From contig CAZPJM010000002.1 of assembly GCA_964586865.1 (NCBI GenBank), positions 463 to 64,462 on the forward strand: 64,000 nt of DNA, in the 5' to 3' direction. The position numbers and the translations under genes were made by a program. The stretch's first letter is position 1; every line of letters starts with the position of its first letter. The notes under the pieces were generated by a model. It was not told where the DNA came from. It searched no databases and worked only from the letters and a program-made list of their open reading frames with translations. Shown here one piece after another: positions 37,790 through 45,565 of the stretch. The DNA is from an uncultured Enterobacteriaceae bacterium. Its GTDB lineage: Bacteria > Myxococcota_A > UBA796 > GCA-2862545.

Positions 37790-39154
37790 CTAGCCTCCGT
37801 GGGGAAGGGTCGAGGTGGGGGTGATGCGGGCCGCGGGGCCCTTGAAGGTGGTCTTCAGATCCACGTGCTCCTCACCGCCGTGGACGGTGACCGTGAAGGG
37901 CATGGTGCGGCGGGCCGACTCGGCCGGGAGCCGCACGATGAGCGGCACGGTCCGGGACTCGGTGGCGTCGAGGGTGAAGGTCGGCACCTGCACCTCGGGG
38001 TCGGGCAGGCCCGTCACCTCGACCCGGTAGGGCGTGTCCACGCCCTGGGCGTCGTTGTTGGCGACCCGGAGCATGTAGGTGTTGCGCACCATGCCATCCG
38101 CGTCCACGACGAAGTGGGTGCCGGGGGCCCGGTTCACCGAGGCCTCGATGGAGACGTGGGTGAGCAGGAGCGTGATCATGACCCCGGCGAGGGTGGTCAG
38201 GAGCCCGGCGTAGACCAGGGTCCGGGGCCGGATGAGCCGCAGCTTCTCCGTCTCGCCCGCGTCACGGGCCTCGGTGCTGTACCGGACCAGGCTCTCGTGG
38301 CCGAAGCGGCCCATGACCGACTCGCAGGCATCGATGCAGCGGGCGCAGGAGATGCACTCGAGTTGGAGCCCGTCGCGGATGTCGATGCCCTGGGGGCAGA
38401 CCACCACGCACTTGTTGCAGTCGATGCAGCCGCCGGCCTGGGCCTGCTTCTTGCCCTTCTTGCGGGGCTCGCCGCGCTGGGCGTCGTAGCTGATGGTCAG
38501 CGAGTGCTTGTCCATCATGGCGCCCTGGAAGCGGGCGTAGGGGCAGATGTAGTTGCAGGCCTGCTCCCGGAACCAGGCGAAGTCGGTGAACCACAGCCCG
38601 GTGAAGGCCAGCACCAGCCCGTAGTCCCAGGGTCCGGCCTGGAAGGTCCAGATCTCGTAGGCGCCGGCGAACCACTGGCCGAAGGACATGGAGATGAAGA
38701 AGGCCACCGCCAGGAAGGCCGCCCACTTGCCGCCCTTGCGCCAGATCTTGTCCCAGGTCCAGGGGCCGGCATCGCGCTGCTTGCGCTTGCTGCGATCCCC
38801 CTCGAAGAACTTCTCGATGGGCCGGACCCACTCCTCGAGGAGCACGGTCTGGGGGCAGATGTAGCCGCACCACACCCGCCCGAGCAGCGCGGTGATGAAG
38901 AAGAGCAGGAAGGCGGCCGACATGCCCAGCAGGGCGATGAACAGGCCGTCGGTGGCGGTGAAGATCTCGCCGAACAGGTAGAGCCGCCGGTCCGGCAGGT
39001 CGAGTCGGACCGCCGGGTGCCCGCCGATGTAGATCCACGGGACCACGATGAGGAAGAGGTGGAAGCCGAGCGCACTCCAGCGGTGCGCCTTCTGGAAGGT
39101 GCCCTTGATGGACTGGGGGTAGACCCACTCGCGAACGCCGGAGAAGATGGCCAT
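37790..39154 (-). CDS. ccoG: cbb3 oxidase accessory 4Fe-4S protein CcoG/FixG
   Basis: The ATG at 39154 follows AAGGAG. The ferredoxin motifs are CIDCNKCVVVCP and CISCARCIDAC. The C-terminus is Ig-like. Confidence 0.9.
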   Translation of the reverse strand: MAIFSGVREWVYPQSIKGTFQKAHRWSALGFHLFLIVVPWIYIGGHPAVRLDLPDRRLYLFGEIFTATDGLFIALLGMSAAFLLFFITALLGRVWCGYICPQTVLLEEWVRPIEKFFEGDRSKRKQRDAGPWTWDKIWRKGGKWAAFLAVAFFISMSFGQWFAGAYEIWTFQAGPWDYGLVLAFTGLWFTDFAWFREQACNYICPYARFQGAMMDKHSLTISYDAQRGEPRKKGKKQAQAGGCIDCNKCVVVCPQGIDIRDGLQLECISCARCIDACESVMGRFGHESLVRYSTEARDAGETEKLRLIRPRTLVYAGLLTTLAGVMITLLLTHVSIEASVNRAPGTHFVVDADGMVRNTYMLRVANNDAQGVDTPYRVEVTGLPDPEVQVPTFTLDATESRTVPLIVRLPAESARRTMPFTVTVHGGEEHVDLKTTFKGPAARITPTSTLPHGG

Positions 39155-39159
39155 GGTGA

Positions 39160-40047
39160 CTACTCCTTCGCAGTCTTGCTGTAGACGAAGGCCGAGACCT
39201 GCTGGACGCCCTCGTCGCCGAGCACGGGGCCCCAGGCGATCATCGCCTTGCCGGGCACGCCGTTGTTCACGACCTCGAGGATGTCTTCGAGCTGGCCGCC
39301 GTGGATCCACTCGTCGTCGATGAGGTTGGGCCCCACCTCGCCGGTGAGGTCGGGCTTGTGGCAGGCGGCGCAGTTGGTCTGGAAGACCTGCTCGCCCTGG
39401 GCGATCATGTCGTCCGTGACCTGATCGGGCGCCAGCGTCGGCGCCGCGCCGTCGGTGGCCGGGTCGGCGCTGGCCATGGTGGTGTCGCCATCATCGGCGG
39501 TGCCCTCGTCGGCGACCTCGGGGGCCTCGGCCGAGGCCTCGCCGGGCGCCAGGGCCCCTCCGTGGCTCACCACGAAGGCCGCCACCTTGGAGATCTTGTC
39601 GGGCCCCAGGATGGGCCCCCAGGCCGGCATGCCCTTGGCGCCCACACCCTCGGTGATGGTGTGGATGATCCCCTCGGGGGTGCCGTCGTGGATCCAGACC
39701 TTGTCAGCCAGGTTCGGGCCGATCCCGCCCTCGAGGGCAGCGCCGTGGCACGAGGCGCAGTTGGCCGCGAAGAGCTCCTCGCCGGCGGCGATGTCGGCCG
39801 GGTCGGTGCTCACCGCCGCGATCCGGCCCGCGTCGGGCCAGCGCTCCCGCGCCTCTTCCAGCTGGGCCTCGTAGGCCTGGGCCTGGGAGCGATTCGAGAT
39901 GAAGTGGTACTCGATGGCGTAGCCGATCCCGAACAGGGTCGTGAAGATGAACAGCCCGATCCACCAGTCCGGGAGCGGGTTGTCGTACTCCTCGATGCCG
40001 TCGTTGTCGGCGGCGTGCCCCATCTTCTGGTCGTACTTCTTGCTCAC
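39160..40047 (-). CDS. ccoP: cbb3-type cytochrome c oxidase subunit III (diheme CcoP)
   Basis: The N-terminus EEYDNPLPDWWIGLFIFT is typical of the family. Two heme sites are present (CASCH, CAACH). Confidence 0.9.
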   Translation of the reverse strand: MSKKYDQKMGHAADNDGIEEYDNPLPDWWIGLFIFTTLFGIGYAIEYHFISNRSQAQAYEAQLEEARERWPDAGRIAAVSTDPADIAAGEELFAANCASCHGAALEGGIGPNLADKVWIHDGTPEGIIHTITEGVGAKGMPAWGPILGPDKISKVAAFVVSHGGALAPGEASAEAPEVADEGTADDGDTTMASADPATDGAAPTLAPDQVTDDMIAQGEQVFQTNCAACHKPDLTGEVGPNLIDDEWIHGGQLEDILEVVNNGVPGKAMIAWGPVLGDEGVQQVSAFVYSKTAKE

Positions 40048-40241
40048 GAGACACCCCCGTCCGGGTCGTCGAGGTCGAAGGGAAGGTTGGCGGCGTGCTC
40101 CATGGACTCCTTGCGCGACAGGAGCGCGTACAGGATCCAGGAGACGAAGACCACCACGGACATCACCGTGACGACGGCGCCGATCCAGGTATAGGAGGCC
40201 GCGGCGGCCCCCTCCTTCAGCACGAAGGCGATGGCCATCAT
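40044..40241 (-). CDS. ccoQ: small membrane subunit, CcoQ-like (positional call)
   Basis: 65 aa with one TM helix. It lies between ccoO and ccoP with ATGA-type overlaps at both ends. Confidence 0.55.
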   Translation of the reverse strand: MMAIAFVLKEGAAAASYTWIGAVVTVMSVVVFVSWILYALLSRKESMEHAANLPFDLDDPDGGVS

Positions 40242-41080
40242 TCGGTCACCTCCGCCGAGCCATCACGGCTCTCGCCCTCGGCCACCGGCTCGGGGGCGTT
40301 CCGACCGAGGCTCTGGAGGTAGGCGGTGAGGGCCACGATCTCGTGGTCCCAGGCGATGCGCACCGGGTTGCCGTCCGCGTCGAGGAGGGGGACCTCCTCG
40401 TCGTCGGGACCGTCGACCATCACGAACTCGAGGCCGTCGGCGTTGAGCCGCCGGACGATGGCCTCGCCCTGCTCCTTCATGGACTGGGGCGCCTGGGCGA
40501 TCTGCTCGTCGGTGTAGGGCGTGCCGGCCACCTGCTGGGCCCACATGCTGGCCTGGATGTCGGCCGGATCGACGCGCTGCACATGCAGCCACGGGAACGG
40601 CGGCATGACCGAGCCGGGCGAGGTGCTGCGCGGGTCGCGCATGTGCTCGTAGTGCCAGGAGTCGGGGTACTTCTTGCCGACCCGGTGCAGGTCCGGGCCA
40701 CCGCGGCGGCTGCCGAGCAGGAAGGGACGGTCCCAGATGTACTCCCGGCTCCGGGACCACTCGCCGTAGCGGAGGGTCTCCGAGCGGAAGGGCCGCACCA
40801 TCTGGCTGTGGCAGAGCATGCAGCCATCCCGGGCGTAGAGGTCGCGACCGGCGACCTCCAGGGCCGTGCGGGGCAGGATCCGCTCCCGGGCCTCGACGTC
40901 GGGGTCGAGGGCGATGAGGGGGATGATCTCGGCGATGCCGCCGATGCTGATCGCCACGGTGGTGGCCACCGCGAAGAGCGCACCGCGCCCCTCCAGCAGC
41001 CGACGGTGCCAGTGGTCCGTGTGCTGCGGGCTGTCCTTGGCGCCGTCGGGGCGCCCGGTCTCGTCGTTGGGTGAAGTCAT
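40238..41080 (-). CDS. ccoO: cbb3-type cytochrome c oxidase subunit II (monoheme CcoO)
   Basis: The heme site CMLCHSQMVRPF and the motif GGPDLHRVGKKY are typical of CcoO. Confidence 0.9.
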   Translation of the reverse strand: MTSPNDETGRPDGAKDSPQHTDHWHRRLLEGRGALFAVATTVAISIGGIAEIIPLIALDPDVEARERILPRTALEVAGRDLYARDGCMLCHSQMVRPFRSETLRYGEWSRSREYIWDRPFLLGSRRGGPDLHRVGKKYPDSWHYEHMRDPRSTSPGSVMPPFPWLHVQRVDPADIQASMWAQQVAGTPYTDEQIAQAPQSMKEQGEAIVRRLNADGLEFVMVDGPDDEEVPLLDADGNPVRIAWDHEIVALTAYLQSLGRNAPEPVAEGESRDGSAEVTE

Positions 41081-41089
41081 CGGGTCACC

Positions 41090-42550
41090 TCACTTGGCGG
41101 GCTGGGCGACCGCACCGGCGTCGGCCTCTTCGGCGGACGGCTGCATGACGGTCATGACGAAGTTGAAGGCCATCAGGACCGCGCCGCCCAGGTAGAGCAG
41201 GCCGCCCAGGAAGCGGATCCAGTAGAAGGGCGCGAGCTGGTGCACGATGTCCATGAAGTTGGGGTAGACGAGCAGCCCGTCCGCATCGACGGCCCGCCAC
41301 ATCAGCCCCTCCATGACGCCGGCGGCCCACATGGCGACCGTGTAGAGCACGATGCCGATGGTGCCGATCCAGAAGTGGGTCTCGCCCAGGGCGTGGGACC
41401 AGACGCGCTTCTTGTTCCACAGCCGCGGCACGAGCCAGTAGAGGATGCCGAAGGTCAGCATGCCCACCCAGCCGAGGGCGCCCGAGTGGACGTGACCGAT
41501 GGTCCAGTTGGTGAAGTGGGAGAGGCTGTTGACGGCCCGGATGGACATCATCGGGCCCTCGAAGGTGGACATGCCGTAGAAGGACACGGCCACGACCATC
41601 ATCTTGAGGATGTAGTCGGTGCGGAGCCGATCCCAGGCGCCACGGAGGGTGAGCAGGCCGTTGAGCATGCCGCCCCAGGAGGGCGCGATGAGCATGAGGC
41701 TGAACACCATGCCCGTCGTCTGCACCCAGTCGGGCAGGCCCGAGTAGAGCAGGTGGTGCGGGCCGGCCCAGATGTAGATGAAGACCAGGGCCCAGAAGTG
41801 GATGATCGACAGGCGGTAGCTGTAGACCGGCCGCTTCGCCGCCCGGGGCAGGAAGTAGTACATGAGGCCCAGGAACGGGGTCGTAAGGAAGAACCCGACC
41901 GCGTTGTGGCCGTACCACCACTGGACGAGACCATCGGTCATGCCCGAGTAGATGGGGTAGGACCGGGTGAGGGTGGCCGGGATGGCCAGGTTGTTGAAGA
42001 TGTGGAGCACCGGGATGGTGATCACGAAGCTCATGTAGAACCAGATCGCCACGTAGAGGTGCTTGACCTTCCGGACCGCGATGGTGCCGAAGAAGTTGAC
42101 CGCGAAGGCGATCCAGACGACCGCGATGGCGATGTCGATGGGCCAGATGAGCTCGGCGTACTCATGGGTCTGGGTCAGCCCGAAGGGCAGCGTGAGGGCC
42201 GCGCTGACGATGATGAGCTGCCATCCCCAGAAGTGGAACTCCGACAGGAACTTGCTCCACATGGGCGCCTTGAGCAGGCGCGGCATGGAGTAGTAGATGC
42301 CGGTGAAGCAGATGTTGCCCGCGAACGCGAAGATGACCGCGTTCGTGTGGAGCGGGCGGAGCCGGGAGAACGTCGTGAAGGACGTCTCGAGGTTGGCGGG
42401 CCACCAGGCGAGCTGGAGGGCGATGATGACGCCGACCAGCATGCCGACGATGCCCCACACCACGGTGGCGATGAGGAATTTCTTGACGATGCCGTCGTCG
42501 TAGCGGGCCTGGCCCGGGTCGAGCGGTGCCGCAGCGGCTGCAGTGCTCAT
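41090..42550 (-). CDS. ccoN: cbb3-type cytochrome c oxidase subunit I (CcoN)
   Basis: The ATG at 42550 has GGAGG 6 nt upstream. It is a 12-TM heme-copper oxidase with HFWALVFIYIWAGPHHL and HFTNWTIGHVHSGALGW motifs. Confidence 0.95.
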   Translation of the reverse strand: MSTAAAAAPLDPGQARYDDGIVKKFLIATVVWGIVGMLVGVIIALQLAWWPANLETSFTTFSRLRPLHTNAVIFAFAGNICFTGIYYSMPRLLKAPMWSKFLSEFHFWGWQLIIVSAALTLPFGLTQTHEYAELIWPIDIAIAVVWIAFAVNFFGTIAVRKVKHLYVAIWFYMSFVITIPVLHIFNNLAIPATLTRSYPIYSGMTDGLVQWWYGHNAVGFFLTTPFLGLMYYFLPRAAKRPVYSYRLSIIHFWALVFIYIWAGPHHLLYSGLPDWVQTTGMVFSLMLIAPSWGGMLNGLLTLRGAWDRLRTDYILKMMVVAVSFYGMSTFEGPMMSIRAVNSLSHFTNWTIGHVHSGALGWVGMLTFGILYWLVPRLWNKKRVWSHALGETHFWIGTIGIVLYTVAMWAAGVMEGLMWRAVDADGLLVYPNFMDIVHQLAPFYWIRFLGGLLYLGGAVLMAFNFVMTVMQPSAEEADAGAVAQPAK

Positions 42551-42879
42551 GAGAGACCTCCGAGGCCCCGCGACCATGCACGGTCCGTGCCAGACCGATG
42601 GGGTCGTGGATGAGGGGCCTGAAGGCGCCGTCATGCCGCGCCTCCCCTGGGGGTTCCCCCCGGGCCTCGCCTCCTGCCACAGGGGGCTGTGGGATTCACC
42701 ACACCCCCCTCCCCTGGCCGACAAGTGCGTCCCTCACGACCCCGCAACGTCTGGTGGCGGGTGCTGGCCGGTCCCGGACCGTGGGATGTGACGAAGCCCG
42801 AGGCCCCACCAGCCCCCTCTCACCGGCGGCCCGCGGTGGACCTGGTCGCGGGACGGGTCGCCCGGTCGGGCAACCCGTC

Positions 42880-44634
42880 CTACCGGTGGACTTCAACCGC
42901 ACTCACGTCGAAGAAGGCCGGAAGGCGCCGGTCTTCCATCACTTGCATGAAGAGGCCCTGGGTCTGCCCGTAGGGGTTGAGGCCATCTGTCCACAGCGTG
43001 ATCCCATGAACGTTCCAGTTCGGGCTGCTCACCGAGCGTACCCGGTCGTTCCACTCGTGTAGGTCGCAGGTGGCTTCGCTCCCGAAGTCGGCCACGCCAT
43101 GCCTCCGATTGCCGCCGATACTCCAGCATCGTTGGAGGTAGTTGCTGTCGATGCACAGCTTCTTGCCGTCGAAGTTCTCCCCCTCGTGCAGACAGACGAT
43201 CGTCGAGCCGGAGCCGAAGAGCCTGACCCCCTCGACGTACCGCTCCAGCTCGATACCAGTCTGGTTGGACACGACCTGGTTATCGCCGTCAAAGGACTCC
43301 AGCACCGCCCACGGCGGCTCGGTGCCGAGAAGGGCCTCGTTGCCGCAGTTCTTCACCGTCACCGAGCGGGCGTTCCGAGCCACCTCCCAGGGGGGGGACA
43401 ACCGCACCGTGTAGTCCTCGGGGGCGGCGCCATAGGCGTCCGTGGTTCCGTAGATGCAGTGGGCGCGACCCTTGCCGTGCGACTCATCGTGGAAGCAGAT
43501 CTGATACCGGTCGTTGTGAGGCCTCCCCGACGGGATCGGAGGACAGCTCCGCTCCTCGTTCCAGTAGAGGGAGTAGAGCCCATCGCCCGACTGGAGCCGC
43601 CAGCGGTAGTGCTGCTCCGTGGTCCAGCCGACCTCCTCGTGCCAGTCATTGCTCGCGCGCGTGCCCAGCCGCTGGTCCGGGTGCATGATGTTCGTCAGGT
43701 AGAAGCCACCATCCCAGGCACGGCTGACCTTCCACTGATAGGCGAGGTCATCGCCCATCTCGGCGTACATCTGCCGATTGCCGTCGTGGCCGACGTGCAG
43801 GCGCACCAGGCTGGCGTCGTACTTGGTGAGGTAGACGATACCGGGCTTCCCCGGGACGGGCTCGAACCTCCACCACGCGAGCCTGCGGAGCGTGTCGGTC
43901 CCGGTCGACAGGTGCTGGGGAGCGCTCTGCCCGCATGGGCCTTCGCACAGGACGAGGCCACGGTTGGTGAATCGAGCGTTGCGGAGGTCGTAGACGCCGG
44001 GCCGCGCCGTGAGGGTGTCCACCGTGAAGGTCTCCCAGGTCCACAGACCGTTCTGCTGGCGCATCCGGCCGTCCTCGTGGGCCTGCAGGAAGGTGCCGTG
44101 ATAGGAAAGCAGCCCGATGTGCGCACCGCCGACGACCGGCCCACGAACGCTGTGGTCCTCGGGGAAGACCACGGTGAAGCGCTCCCAGTCGTCGCACCGG
44201 CCGCGGTCGGCCAGGACGTCGCCGTCGGGCTCGGCGACCAGAAAGGTCCAGTCGTAGGTGCGCAGGCAGACCCGGTCGCCGTAGCGGACCACGGCTCGGC
44301 TCTCGGTGGCGTCCGCGGTGACGATCTGCAGAATCTGCTCGTTGTCGACGTCGGCGGCATCATCGGCGATGCCGTCCCAGGAGGTACTGTGGTCGGACCA
44401 GGCGGTCAGGGCCGCGGGCCCGTCCCCGTCCTGGTGGTAGACGCGCAGGGCGATGTGATCCCCGTATCGGACGACATCGCCCTCATCGAGATGGCGCGCC
44501 TGGTCCTCGATGAGCCGCCCGAGGTCGTCGCTGATGTCCTCGATCTGCTCCCAGGGCCAGCGGAACGCCTGTGCCGGTTGCGCGGCCGCGAGGCCGACGA
44601 GGGAGAGCAGGGTGATGGGAATGATGCGATTCAT
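42880..44634 (-). CDS. secreted multi-domain lectin-like protein (fascin-like beta-trefoil + ricin-type (QxW)3 trefoil + Cys-containing C-terminal region)
   Basis: The signal peptide reads MNRIIPITLLSLVGLAAAQPAQA. Three VVRYGD/GAHIGL...FL.A..DG repeats are present. Three Q/WxW motifs are present (WWRFEPV, YQWKVSR, YRWRLQS). Domain names are from pattern recognition only. Confidence 0.6.
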   Translation of the reverse strand: MNRIIPITLLSLVGLAAAQPAQAFRWPWEQIEDISDDLGRLIEDQARHLDEGDVVRYGDHIALRVYHQDGDGPAALTAWSDHSTSWDGIADDAADVDNEQILQIVTADATESRAVVRYGDRVCLRTYDWTFLVAEPDGDVLADRGRCDDWERFTVVFPEDHSVRGPVVGGAHIGLLSYHGTFLQAHEDGRMRQQNGLWTWETFTVDTLTARPGVYDLRNARFTNRGLVLCEGPCGQSAPQHLSTGTDTLRRLAWWRFEPVPGKPGIVYLTKYDASLVRLHVGHDGNRQMYAEMGDDLAYQWKVSRAWDGGFYLTNIMHPDQRLGTRASNDWHEEVGWTTEQHYRWRLQSGDGLYSLYWNEERSCPPIPSGRPHNDRYQICFHDESHGKGRAHCIYGTTDAYGAAPEDYTVRLSPPWEVARNARSVTVKNCGNEALLGTEPPWAVLESFDGDNQVVSNQTGIELERYVEGVRLFGSGSTIVCLHEGENFDGKKLCIDSNYLQRCWSIGGNRRHGVADFGSEATCDLHEWNDRVRSVSSPNWNVHGITLWTDGLNPYGQTQGLFMQVMEDRRLPAFFDVSAVEVHR

Positions 44635-44786
44635 GAAGTCCTCCTGCCTCGGGGACGTGCGTGTCTCGTCGAGGCACCCGGGTAGAGACGCGACCTCTGA
44701 TGTGTGACGCGCCTCCTCCGGACTCCCGGAGGATCGGGACCTCGCGGGGCTCGAGGGCGCGCGACCGTCTTCTCACCCGCCCGGCG

Positions 44787-44846
44787 ACCCGCAACCGAGC
44801 CGGGCCGGATGGAGTGTCACCCGCAACCGAGCCGGGCCGGATGGAG
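44787..44846. repeat. perfect 28-bp direct repeat ACCCGCAACCGAGCCGGGCCGGATGGAG x2 (44787-44814, 44819-44846)
   Basis: Read directly from the sequence. There is a 4-bp spacer. It lies about 140 bp upstream of the ECF sigma ATG at 44984. Confidence 0.9.
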
Positions 44847-44983
44847 AGCCGGCATGCGGGACCGCGATATCGCCTTCAGAAGGCGGCATCTGAACCTACG
44901 CGGCCCGATTGCCACGACCTGGGGCAGACGCCGTGGCTAGACTGCCCCCTGGCCCTTGAGGGACATCGCACAGGGGAGATCGC

Positions 44984-45565
44984 ATGGACACCGAGGTGGA
45001 AGCCGCGATCTTCGCGACCCTCGAGGAAGGGGACCACCACCGTGCGGCCGAGCTGATCCTGCGCGCGTACGGCGACCAGATCCTGGGCTTTCTGGTCCGC
45101 AGCCAGGGCGACGAGACGGAAGCGCTCGAGATCTGGAGCATCTTCACCGAAGACCTCTGGAAGGGACTGCCCGGCTTCCAGGCTCGCTCCTCGGCGCGTA
45201 CCTGGGCCTACCAGCTCGCCCGTCACGCGAGGAGCCGGTTCACCCGGGATGCCTGGCGATCCCGAAGCCAGCCGCTGAAGACCCACGACCTCGACGGGCT
45301 CATCCAGCAGGTGCGCACCCGGACCCTCACCTATCTGCGCGACGAGGCCCGCACCGCCCTCGAGGACCTGCGCGCCGAGCTCTCTCCCGAGGAACGCGAG
45401 CTGCTGGTGCTCCGGATCGACCAGGGGATGTCCTGGGACGAGGTGGCCGGCATCATGGCGGTGGAGGGCTCGACCGCCCGCAGCCGGGCGCGCCTCCGTG
45501 CCCGCTTCACCCGCCTCGTGAAGCGAATCCGGAAGCGCGCCGAGGAGCTCGGGATGCTCCCGTGA
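44984..45565 (+). CDS. ECF-family sigma factor, Ser/Thr-kinase-associated type
   Basis: 193 aa. GGGGAG lies 6 nt upstream of the ATG. Region 2 reads EIWSIFTEDLWKGLPGF...TWAYQLARHA. Region 4 reads LSPEERELLVLRIDQGMSWDEVAGIM. No anti-sigma gene is present; the stop overlaps the kinase start. Confidence 0.85.
   Translation: MDTEVEAAIFATLEEGDHHRAAELILRAYGDQILGFLVRSQGDETEALEIWSIFTEDLWKGLPGFQARSSARTWAYQLARHARSRFTRDAWRSRSQPLKTHDLDGLIQQVRTRTLTYLRDEARTALEDLRAELSPEERELLVLRIDQGMSWDEVAGIMAVEGSTARSRARLRARFTRLVKRIRKRAEELGMLP

Noticed and set aside
42551-42879. FNR/Anr box (TTGAT-N4-ATCAA) expected upstream of ccoN.
   Set aside because: I read the 330-bp region on both strands and found no match or near-match. 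No regulatory site is claimed.
44891-44918. ECF-type promoter TGAACC-N-CGAC upstream of the sigma gene at 44984.
   Set aside because: The spacer between GAAC and CGAC is 19 nt, against the usual 16-17. It is too weak to call without 5'-end data.
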